Origin: Thermoproteota archaeon
Lineage (GTDB): Archaea > Korarchaeota > Korarchaeia > Korarchaeales > Korarchaeaceae
NCBI GenBank assembly: GCA_003661365.1
Contig: QMVZ01000001.1
Coordinates: 1-40,943, forward strand
Reading direction: 5' to 3'
DNA: 40,943 bases
Below the pieces are notes generated by a model. It made no database searches and had not been told where the DNA came from. It saw only the letters and a program-made list of their open reading frames with translations. Numbering within the stretch: the first letter of the stretch is position 1; the number at the start of each line of letters is the position of its first letter. A program made the position numbers and the translations under genes. Shown here piece by piece: positions 18,204-25,410 of the stretch.

Positions 18204-18967
18204 GCGCTAGTGGTCTCCGCTTAAGGGGTAAGGTTGCTATTATAACAGGAGCTGGGTCAGGTATAGGTAGGGCAACAGCTTTGCTCTTTGCTGAGGAGGG
18301 GGCTAAAGTGGTGATATGTGATATTGCAGAGAGCGGGGCTGAAGTATGTAAGGAAATAACCGAGAAAGGGGGAGAAGCTATATTCATAAGAGCTGATGTT
18401 TCTAAGGTGGAAGACGTGGCTTATCTCATTAAAAAGACCATTGAAGGGTACGGGAGATTGGATGTATTAATTAACAATGCAGGCATACCGTCCCGCGGAA
18501 CTGTGCTCGATATAGCAGTAGCTGAATGGGATCGTGTGCTAGATGTTAATCTAAAAGGAGCTTTCCTCTGCAGCAAATATGCTATACCTGAGATGATAAA
18601 GGGCGGTGGGGGGGTCATAGTGAACGTAGCCTCTGTCCTAGGGCTCGTAGGAGGGAAAGGAGAAGTGGCCTACTGTACATCGAAAGGAGGCCTGATAGCT
18701 CTTACCAAGGCATTAGCCTTGGATTTCGCTGAGTATAAGATTCGAGTAAACTGCATCTGTCCAGGATCCGTTGAAACTCCAATGAGGCAAAGAATAATGG
18801 CTCAAAAAACTCCTGAAGAGCGCAGAGCTGTAGAATTGAAGATACCAATTAAAAGAGTAGCCAAGCCAGAGGAGATCGCTCGTGCCATCCTCTTCCTAGC
18901 CTCTGAAGAATCAAGCTATATGACTGGGTCTGTCCTTGTAGTTGACGGCGGATGGACAGCAAGATAG
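18200..18967 (+). CDS. short-chain dehydrogenase/reductase (FabG/glucose-1-dehydrogenase-like)
   Basis: 255 aa. TGAGSGIGRA, NNAG and catalytic YCTSKGG (YxxxK). ATGA overlap with the E1 gene. Confidence 0.9.
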   Translation: MSASGLRLRGKVAIITGAGSGIGRATALLFAEEGAKVVICDIAESGAEVCKEITEKGGEAIFIRADVSKVEDVAYLIKKTIEGYGRLDVLINNAGIPSRGTVLDIAVAEWDRVLDVNLKGAFLCSKYAIPEMIKGGGGVIVNVASVLGLVGGKGEVAYCTSKGGLIALTKALALDFAEYKIRVNCICPGSVETPMRQRIMAQKTPEERRAVELKIPIKRVAKPEEIARAILFLASEESSYMTGSVLVVDGGWTAR

Positions 18968-19115
18968 ATGAGGCATTGTGTTTATCGAGCGATAACAGTA
19001 GAAACAGTGCGCTAACCCTTTATAGTTTCCGCGTCAGTTTAGGAAATTATAACGGAATCTTGAATCTATAGACATGTTCTCCCCTAATTTATGAGCTCAC
19101 ACGTAGTCAAAGCAA

Positions 19116-19953
19116 CTAGGAATGAACGTATTTTCTAGCGGCGTCTTCTGCCTTCTTAATGATTTCAAGATTCCTTGTAAGACCCTCTATGGGATCTTGG
19201 GCTCCGCTTTCAAATATCAAGATCCCATCATATTTGTGTTCTACTAGAAGTCGAAGAATGCCAACCAAGTCCAAGTTCCCTTCTCCCAAAGGAAGGTGGA
19301 ATAGTTCCGAATTAGGGCCCGTATTGTCGCTTAGATGCACATGTATCACCCTATCAATTACTTGATAGAGGAAATTGACAGGATCTGAACAAGTGTTAGC
19401 GTGTGCAGCATCAAATGTTATCCCCACGTTCTGCAAGTTTATTGCATCTACCAGTTCTAACATTACCTCTGGAGTGGTAGCAAACTGATCTGGTCTAGAG
19501 TCCGTGTTCTCCAGTCCAACTCTTATCCCAAGTTCCTTGGCTTCCTGACAAACTTCCTCGAGTGATTCTATTGCTTTCTCAATGTAAATACGATCTGGAA
19601 TTCTAAGGCTTGCCCTTCTCCCTGGGTGTATGACAACAAGCTCGGCTTCCAACTCAGCAGCCAAATAAACGCTTTTCATTAGCAGAAGTTTAGACTCACG
19701 TCTTATCCACGGATTGAGGCCAGCTATGTTCATATCATGGCAGGGAGCGTGAATTGTGCAATTTATCCCGTTTTTCTTCAGCAAACTCAAGATTTCTGAG
19801 GTCTCTCTTTCCATCCAGGTACGGGAACATAGAGGGATGATCCATCCACAGTTCAAATACCTCATAACCCATCTTTGAGAGCCCATAGATTGCGTCTTCT
19901 ACGCTAAGATTCCACAGAGCACCTTGCCCGAATCCCAGCCTCCAGCCTCTCAA
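19116..19953 (-). pseudogene. sugar phosphate isomerase/epimerase (xylose-isomerase-like TIM barrel), interrupted by an apparent +1 frameshift
   Basis: The N-terminal homology (LGFGQGALWNLSVEDAIYGLSKMGYEVFELWMDHP) lies in ORF 19735-19953. The rest (ETSEILSLLKKNGINCTIHAP...VVIHPG...GLEN...HVHLSDN) lies in ORF 19116-19886, in another frame. Confidence 0.7.
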
Positions 19954-19954
19954 C

Positions 19955-20974
19955 TTATTTCCCCCATGGCTCTACAATCACTTTCAGGCCGTTTCTTGAT
20001 TTTGCAGTCTCTATAGCCTCCTTTATCTGGTCTAGAGGGAATCTGTGGGATATTATCTTATTTAGTTTCATCTTTCCTGCAGAAAGAAGTCTAACTGCTT
20101 GAGCAAAATGGTTCGCTGTTCTTCCCTCGATTCCCACAAGTGCTATCTCTTTGTGATGTATTATGTTTGGATCGAAGGACAGTTTGATTGGGGGATAGGC
20201 AGCAGCAAAGAAAACTATTGTTCCTCTTTTTGCTGAAGCATTTAAGGCCTGATGAAAGACAGACTCTCCCAAAAAGGTCATTATTACGGCGTTTGCCCCC
20301 TTTCCATCGGTAAGGCTTTTCACCTTTTCTACAATATCTACTTTGGTCGGGTCTATGGCTTCCTCGGCCCCCAACTCTAAGGCTTTCTCCCTCCTAAATT
20401 CAAGAGGCTCGCTTACTATTGCTCGAACTCCCATGTTGTTAAGTAGCTGAACGAACATCAGACCTATTGGTCCTGAACCTACAACGAGAACAGAATCTCC
20501 AAGCTGGATATCATATATTTTTTCTATAGCGTTTATGCAACAAGCCAAGGGCTCGCATAGGGCAGCTTCATCGAGAGCAACCGAATCAGGAAGCTTGTGC
20601 ATGTACTTCTCCGGCATCTTAAAGTATTCAGCGAAACCATTGGGAAGAGGACCTTTTCTCCTCTCACAAAGATTGTCAGCCCCTCTCCTGCAGTAGTAGC
20701 AGGAATTGCACCTCCAAATAGCGTCAACAGCTACTTTATCACCAGTTTTTAGGGATTGAACATCCTCGCCCACCTCGACCACGATGCCAGAAATTTCGTG
20801 CCCTATTGGGCAAGGCGTATATGGTAGGAATAACCCTTCATATATCCTTATGTCAAATGGGCAAACTCCACAAGCTTGTATCCTTATAATAACATCATCT
20901 GGTTTCCCTATTGAAGGATCGGTGGTCTCTATCGTCCTTACATCTTTAGGACCGAAAACAAAGGAAGCTTTCAT
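19955..20974 (-). CDS. Zn-dependent medium-chain dehydrogenase (threonine/sorbitol dehydrogenase-like)
   Basis: 339 aa. GHEISGIVVEVGEDV, CNSCYYCRRGADNLC, VVGSGPIGL. Confidence 0.88.
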   Translation of the reverse strand: MKASFVFGPKDVRTIETTDPSIGKPDDVIIRIQACGVCPFDIRIYEGLFLPYTPCPIGHEISGIVVEVGEDVQSLKTGDKVAVDAIWRCNSCYYCRRGADNLCERRKGPLPNGFAEYFKMPEKYMHKLPDSVALDEAALCEPLACCINAIEKIYDIQLGDSVLVVGSGPIGLMFVQLLNNMGVRAIVSEPLEFRREKALELGAEEAIDPTKVDIVEKVKSLTDGKGANAVIMTFLGESVFHQALNASAKRGTIVFFAAAYPPIKLSFDPNIIHHKEIALVGIEGRTANHFAQAVRLLSAGKMKLNKIISHRFPLDQIKEAIETAKSRNGLKVIVEPWGK

Positions 20975-21070
20975 ATTACCTGCATACCTTTTCCTGCTTT
21001 ATGATAAAAAGTTAGAGGGTATACCTCTGATTTTTAGTTCCGTTAATCTTAGCCATAACCTTCTTTTGAT

Positions 21071-21449
21071 TTACCATCCATGCCTATGCCTGAACTCCTC
21101 TAATTCCATCCAAGATTCGTCTGAGGAAAGAGATCCCTTAAGATATTCCCTGACTACCTCTCTGACATTACCTTGAACTCCGATTATTACTTCAATTCCT
21201 AATGAATCAAAGAATGCACGCGCTCTCCTCCCCACATCATAGGCAAGTATCACGTTAACCCCTTTTTGTTTTAGAAAGGTAGGGATATCACCTGGAGAAT
21301 GCTCTATTAAAGGATTCTTGATGGCCTCCACTCCTCTTATTTTCTCCGTTCTTTATTTTAACTAAAGTGAAGAAGGGAGTTCTGCAAAAATGTGGACTAA
21401 CTTCTGAATCGAGTCCTCGTTCGTCTGCACTAGGAACAGCTATTTTCAT
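21071..21449 (-). pseudogene. NifX/NifB-C-terminal-like (dinitrogenase FeMo-cofactor-binding fold) domain protein, apparent +1 frameshift
   Basis: A 53-codon ORF not in the track, starting at the ATG at 21449 (MKIAVPSADERGLDSEVSPHFCRTPFFTLVKIKNGE...), supplies the N-terminal half. ORF 21071-21331 (..AIKNPLIEHSPGDIPTFLKQKGVNVILAYDVGRRARAFFDSLGIEVI..YLKGSL) supplies the C-terminal half in another frame. Confidence 0.7.
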
Positions 21450-21579
21450 CCTATTCGCCGTTTTGCTCGGGACCTTCTATAGTTAAAAAGACCACCTAAT
21501 AGTGTGAAGAGTATTTCTAGTGCGCCATGGGAAACGCTAAAAAGAGAAAGGCTGGTACAATTTTTGAAGGGATGTTCCC

Positions 21580-22461
21580 TTGTCAAACAACTTCAAGATC
21601 GCGGTAGCACTTGGACTCTTAGCTCTCCTGTTTTTGGTTCTTATGCCAAAGCTCCTTTGGAATCGCCTTAGAAGAGGCTATAATTTAACAACTTTTCGAT
21701 CAGATAACCTTAGTTATCAAAAATTGAAGGAACTTAGCGGTGCTGAGATCTTAGTCCTTGTAGACAATGAGCCAAGCAATTCCAACTTTGAATTAAAAGC
21801 TGCATGGGGAATTTCTTTATACGTGAAGGCTCAAAACGTTTCATTCCTGTTTGACACAGGTCCAAGTCCTGAAGTATTGGAGCACAATTGCAAGGTTCTA
21901 GGAGTTGATTTGAGCAATATATCCTTCGTTTTCATCTCACATGAGCACGGAGATCACACCGGAGGACTTCCATATGTTGCAAAGGTAGCTCCAAGCGTAC
22001 CTGTGTATGTTCCATCTGGGATGAGCTCCTCCGTTCGGAGAGGGATAGAGAGGCTTGGTTTTAACGTTGTTGAAGTGAAAGGCCCTCAACAAATGTTGGA
22101 AGGAATTGCAAGCACTGGTCCTCTTATGAGCGGATCTTTAGCTGAACATGGTCTCATCTTGAACTTACAAGGGAAAGGTATGGTCCTATTAGTCGGTTGT
22201 GCTCATCCAGGGGTTGATAGGATGTTGTTGAATGCTACCAATTTCTCAGAGGAGGTCTTTGGGGTTATTGGAGGATTTCATCTCATGGGAGCAAGCGAGA
22301 CAAGGTTAGAACAGATAGCTAAGGTTTTTGATGAACTCAGTCTTCAACTAATTGTTCCATTACATTGTTCTGGGAAAACTGCAAAGAGTTTCTTTAAAGA
22401 ACATTTTCCCCAGGCGTATCTAGACGCCCAGACAGGTAGTTTTCTGAAATTGGGTCCATGA
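21580..22461 (+). CDS. MBL-fold metallo-hydrolase (COG1237-type) with N-terminal TM anchor
   Basis: 293 aa. HxHxDH motif as SHEHGDHTGGL. ILVLVDNEP...AAWGISLYVKA...LFDTGPS is typical of the COG1237 group. TM helix IAVALGLLALLFLVLM. Confidence 0.8.
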   Translation: MSNNFKIAVALGLLALLFLVLMPKLLWNRLRRGYNLTTFRSDNLSYQKLKELSGAEILVLVDNEPSNSNFELKAAWGISLYVKAQNVSFLFDTGPSPEVLEHNCKVLGVDLSNISFVFISHEHGDHTGGLPYVAKVAPSVPVYVPSGMSSSVRRGIERLGFNVVEVKGPQQMLEGIASTGPLMSGSLAEHGLILNLQGKGMVLLVGCAHPGVDRMLLNATNFSEEVFGVIGGFHLMGASETRLEQIAKVFDELSLQLIVPLHCSGKTAKSFFKEHFPQAYLDAQTGSFLKLGP

Positions 22462-22496
22462 AGAAGCCTGACTCTATTGCTTCGCAGGAATATGGA

Positions 22497-22826
22497 CTAT
22501 TTTGTCTCCAGTTCTGCCAATCTTTTCTCCAAGTCCTCAAGTTGTCTCTTGAGCATGTCTCTTTGTTGTTTGAGCAACTTTATCTGATCTTCCTTGCTCG
22601 TTGGAGCCATGGGAGGCATCATAGTCGTTGGAGGCATCGTTGGAGCCTGTGGGTAAGGCAAGGGAGTAGTTGGAGCTGTTGGTGGAACCATACCGTACTG
22701 GAAAATTGGAGGTAGTCCTCCTGGTGATCTACCAAGCCAACCTGGTGAATAACCGAATCTTACCCATCCTGGAAGGCCTGTAGCATAATACATCCTTCTC
22801 CATCTGTATCCCATATCCATCACCAT
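22497..22826 (-). CDS. DUF5320-like small protein (aromatic/Gly-Pro-rich N-terminal part, coiled-coil C-terminus)
   Basis: 109 aa. YYATGLPGWVRFGYSPGW matches the DUF5320 core as I remember it. The C-terminus KEDQIKLLKQQRDMLKRQLEDLEKRLAELETK has heptad character. Confidence 0.65.
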   Translation of the reverse strand: MVMDMGYRWRRMYYATGLPGWVRFGYSPGWLGRSPGGLPPIFQYGMVPPTAPTTPLPYPQAPTMPPTTMMPPMAPTSKEDQIKLLKQQRDMLKRQLEDLEKRLAELETK

Positions 22827-22858
22827 TTATGTGATTATGCTAACAAATATTTAAGGAT
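22810..22858. repeat. left arm of a perfect 49-nt inverted repeat (partner 24360-24408)
   Basis: cccatatccatcaccatttatgtgattatgctaacaaatatttaaggat is the exact reverse complement of 24360-24408. It covers the TATA-like box, the spacer and the first 17 nt of the CDS. Confidence 0.95.
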
Positions 22859-23261
22859 TCCTGTTCTCGCTTAGAATCTCCACAGGCTGTTTAGAAGACA
22901 GCATCTGTTCCATTGCAACTATAACCTTATCCGATAACACATGTTCCAATTTGCATGCTTCCATCTTAGATTCTTTTCTTGATAGACCTAGGATTTCCTC
23001 TAAAAATCTCTGTATCAACAAATTCTTTCGCTGTATCTGTAAAGCTTGTCTGAACCCTTTCGCTTTCAATCTAGCTCCTATTCCAGGTTTATAATCCACT
23101 AGATCAAGTTCATGAAGTCTTCTAAACATTTCTGTGACTGATGGCGGCTTTATGTTTAATCTAGTAGCCACTTCAGTGGTTCTGATGTATCTGCGGTCCC
23201 CGCCTTTTTCAAAGAGCGTCTTTAGATAATCCTCTATTGCTCTCTTTGAGCACTTACTCAT
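22851..23261 (-). CDS. DtxR/MDR1-family metal-dependent transcriptional repressor (HTH + dimerisation domain, no SH3 domain)
   Basis: AIEDYLKTLFE...TTEVATRLNIKPPSVTEMFRRLHELDLV (wHTH) and ...RFLEEILGL...MEACKLEHVLSD (DtxR primary metal-site C/E/H motif). The ORF is open to 23390. I chose the ATG at 23261 (MSKCSKRAIEDYL), which removes the overlap with the divergent gene. Confidence 0.85.
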   Translation of the reverse strand: MSKCSKRAIEDYLKTLFEKGGDRRYIRTTEVATRLNIKPPSVTEMFRRLHELDLVDYKPGIGARLKAKGFRQALQIQRKNLLIQRFLEEILGLSRKESKMEACKLEHVLSDKVIVAMEQMLSSKQPVEILSENRNP

Positions 23262-23323
23262 TGCTATCAATAAATTGGGATAATGCACATTATTATATTT
23301 TTTGGATTTTAGTTTAAAGAATA

Positions 23324-24322
23324 ATGGTAAACATAGTATACGGTCCAGTTCCCTCTTGGAGACTGGGAAGAAGCCTAGGAATAGACGCAACGCTTCTACC
23401 CAAGGCTTGTACTTTTGATTGTGTGTATTGTCAGCTTGGTAAAACCATCAGAAAGCTATCCTCTCCAAAAGAGCTAAATCCAGTTATCGGAGTTGAAGAG
23501 CTGATTAAGCAGTTAGAACGTAAGATAGAGAAGGTTGGTCCTGATTCGATAGATTTCATCACCTTCTCAGGAACTGGGGAACCTACTCTCAATCCTAACA
23601 TTGGAAACATGATCTCTGCTGTGAAAAGATTGATCCCTTTCAAACCGGTTGCTGTTCTAACGAATTCGTCCTTAGTGTACTTGGATGAAGTTAGAAATGC
23701 GCTCTCAAATGCAGACCTGGTATCCTTTAAGCTAGATGCAGCAGATCAGCAGACATTTGAAGAAATAAACAGACCTGTTGCCAACATTCCAAACATAAAG
23801 GAAATCATTGAAAGTATTAAGAAATTCAAAGCTGGTCATCATGGAATACTTGCCCTCCAGATCATGTTAGTCGATAGCATCAAGCCTGATTTCAGGGTTA
23901 ATTTCAAGGGAGAGGCACTGAACTGCTTAATTGAGGGTATTGCTGAAATACAACCGGATCAAATTCAGCTAAACACTCCAACTAGACCTGTGATGGAGAA
24001 ACACATCAAACCCGTCAATTCTACTATACTAAGTGCTGTAGAGGAGAGAATCAAGGAAGTAACTCCGGAATCAGAGGTAATAAGGGTCGATGAAGAGAGA
24101 GTTCCACTAAAATCGATAAAAAGAGAAAAGAAGCCTATAGAAGAGCTAAGGGGAGATATACTTGCTCTGTTAAAGAGAAGACCCTGTCGAGCAGTTGACA
24201 TATCCATTGCATTAGGAACTGAGAAAAGAGAAATTGAAGCAATCGTAAGATCAATGGTTAAAGAAGGAGTAATTATAGAGATAAGAAGTGAAAGAGGGAC
24301 TTACTATACTTACTCAAGTTGA
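23324..24322 (+). CDS. radical SAM protein with C-terminal winged-helix-like extension
   Basis: 332 aa. CTFDCVYCQLG (CxxxCxxC) and SGTGEPTL. The C-terminal LLKRRPCRAVDISIALGTEKREIEAIVRSMVKEGVIIE looks like a wHTH. Confidence 0.85.
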   Translation: MVNIVYGPVPSWRLGRSLGIDATLLPKACTFDCVYCQLGKTIRKLSSPKELNPVIGVEELIKQLERKIEKVGPDSIDFITFSGTGEPTLNPNIGNMISAVKRLIPFKPVAVLTNSSLVYLDEVRNALSNADLVSFKLDAADQQTFEEINRPVANIPNIKEIIESIKKFKAGHHGILALQIMLVDSIKPDFRVNFKGEALNCLIEGIAEIQPDQIQLNTPTRPVMEKHIKPVNSTILSAVEERIKEVTPESEVIRVDEERVPLKSIKREKKPIEELRGDILALLKRRPCRAVDISIALGTEKREIEAIVRSMVKEGVIIEIRSERGTYYTYSS

Positions 24323-24359
24323 AACCTTGCACTACATGGTACACAGAGGATCGAGAACC

Positions 24360-24408
24360 ATCCTTAAATATTTGTTAGCATAATCACATAAATGGTGATG
24401 GATATGGG
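24360..24408. repeat. right arm of a perfect 49-nt inverted repeat (partner 22810-22858)
   Basis: atccttaaatatttgttagcataatcacataaatggtgatggatatggg. The TATA-like ttaaatattt starts 28 nt upstream of the ATG at 24392. Confidence 0.95.
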
Positions 24409-24715
24409 GTGGGTGCAAGGAAGGTGGATCGGAAGGAGATGGTGGTACTACCCGCCTGTTGCGCTTCCATTAGCAAGTAGAGGGTATATTTACATAGGAC
24501 CCTGTAGATGTGGCTTTGGACCGAACGCATTTTACCTCACTCCAACTGGACAGATCGTCCATGCTTGGCAACTGACCGGTCTAGCTTTCCCTGGATTTTT
24601 GCCATGGACAATGACACCCATATCTGAGAGAAACATGCTTGAAACTGAGAAGAAGATGTTAGAGGAAGAACTTAGGTACATAGAAGAGAGATTGAAACAG
24701 ATTGGGGGCGAGTAA
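24392..24715 (+). CDS. DUF5320-like small protein, paralog 2
   Basis: 107 aa. Shares MVMDMG and an aromatic/Arg-rich N-terminus (GWVQGRWIGRRWWYYPP) with paralog 1. Contains GPCRCGFGP and the coiled-coil C-terminus ERNMLETEKKMLEEELRYIEERLKQIGGE. Confidence 0.6.
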   Translation: MVMDMGWVQGRWIGRRWWYYPPVALPLASRGYIYIGPCRCGFGPNAFYLTPTGQIVHAWQLTGLAFPGFLPWTMTPISERNMLETEKKMLEEELRYIEERLKQIGGE

Positions 24716-24716
24716 C

Positions 24717-24875
24717 ATGAGATGGGGAAGATGGTTCAGACCATTTAGGGGTTGGCGTGGAGGACCCTTTTATTGGACCGTTCCTCCTTGCTATTATCTC
24801 TTCTACCCAGCATATTCAGTATATAGAGTTCCTTGGCCTCTAGCTTATCGCCAATACGGTTATTTCTTTTGGTGA
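24717..24875 (+). CDS. unannotated 52-aa aromatic/Arg/Pro-rich small ORF
   Basis: MRWGRWFRPFRGWRGGPFYWTVPPCYYLFYPAYSVYRVPWPLAYRQYGYFFW. The ATG is 1 nt after the upstream stop, GGGGG lies about 10 nt upstream, and the stop is 6 nt before the next ATG. It is below the 60-aa cutoff of the ORF track. Confidence 0.5.
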   Translation: MRWGRWFRPFRGWRGGPFYWTVPPCYYLFYPAYSVYRVPWPLAYRQYGYFFW

Positions 24876-24881
24876 TGTAAA

Positions 24882-25406
24882 ATGGTTGAGAAAATAGTGG
24901 TAGCCAGCCAGGGGCTTGGAGGTCTGGATGATTATGTGTCTCCAGTTTTTGCAAGATGCAACAGCTTCACCGTAGTGGAAGTTGAGGATGGACATGTTCT
25001 AGAAGTCACTACGCTAAATAATCCCTCAAAATTGGCACCATCTGGAGCAGGAATACAGGCAGCCCAGTTCATTGCTTCTACGGGGTCTAAGGTTGTAATT
25101 GCAGGTAACTTCGGGCCTAATGCACTCACCGCACTCTCTTATATGGGAATAAGAGCGGTAACTGCTGCTTATGGTTTCAAAGTAAGAGAAGCCGTTGAGA
25201 AATATTTAGAGGGAAGCTTGCAAACTCGCGGTATTAGACCACCTATGGTACCAGCCCCCGGATTGCTACAAGTACCATCCTATACTCCAACGTTACCAAA
25301 GGAGAAGGAAATTGAAATGTTGAGGGCAAGGATGGGTTTCATCAAAAGGAGGCTTAGGGAAATAGAGGATAGACTTAAAGAGTTAGGTGAGAAGGAAGAA
25401 GGGTGA
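24882..25406 (+). CDS. NifX/NifB-like domain protein with DUF5320-type coiled-coil C-terminal extension
   Basis: 174 aa. The NifX-like core is KIVVASQGLGGLDDYVSPVFARCNSFTVVEVEDG...GAGIQAAQFIASTGSKVVIAGNFGPNA...YLEGSL. It is followed by a Pro-rich linker and KEKEIEMLRARMGFIKRRLREIEDRLKELGEKEEG. Confidence 0.8.
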   Translation: MVEKIVVASQGLGGLDDYVSPVFARCNSFTVVEVEDGHVLEVTTLNNPSKLAPSGAGIQAAQFIASTGSKVVIAGNFGPNALTALSYMGIRAVTAAYGFKVREAVEKYLEGSLQTRGIRPPMVPAPGLLQVPSYTPTLPKEKEIEMLRARMGFIKRRLREIEDRLKELGEKEEG

Positions 25407-25410
25407 TTTT

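Noticed and set aside
22458-22715. The 85-aa ORF on the plus strand overlapping DUF5320-like gene 1. Also 24745-24954(-), 25683-25946(-) and 30999-31322(+).
   Set aside because: They overlap better-supported genes and their low-complexity composition mirrors the opposite or alternative frame. No independent support exists.
22851-23390. The N-terminal extensions given by the maximal ORFs: DtxR-like to 23390, deaminase to 11183, carbamate kinase from 36726, MinD-Fd from 25910, feoA from 28366, YgeW-like to 35377.
   Set aside because: The extensions add non-homologous residues, overlap divergent neighbours or consume the Shine-Dalgarno-like element. Internal starts match family N-termini, so shorter coordinates were reported.
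22810-24408. The 49-nt inverted repeats as terminal inverted repeats of a transposon or MITE carrying the DtxR and radical SAM genes.
   Set aside because: There is no transposase or integrase and no flanking direct repeats visible. Each arm includes the promoter and the first codons of a flanking resident gene, which fits a duplicated regulatory/5'-CDS module rather than element ends. Inversion by recombination remains possible and is listed under the findings.
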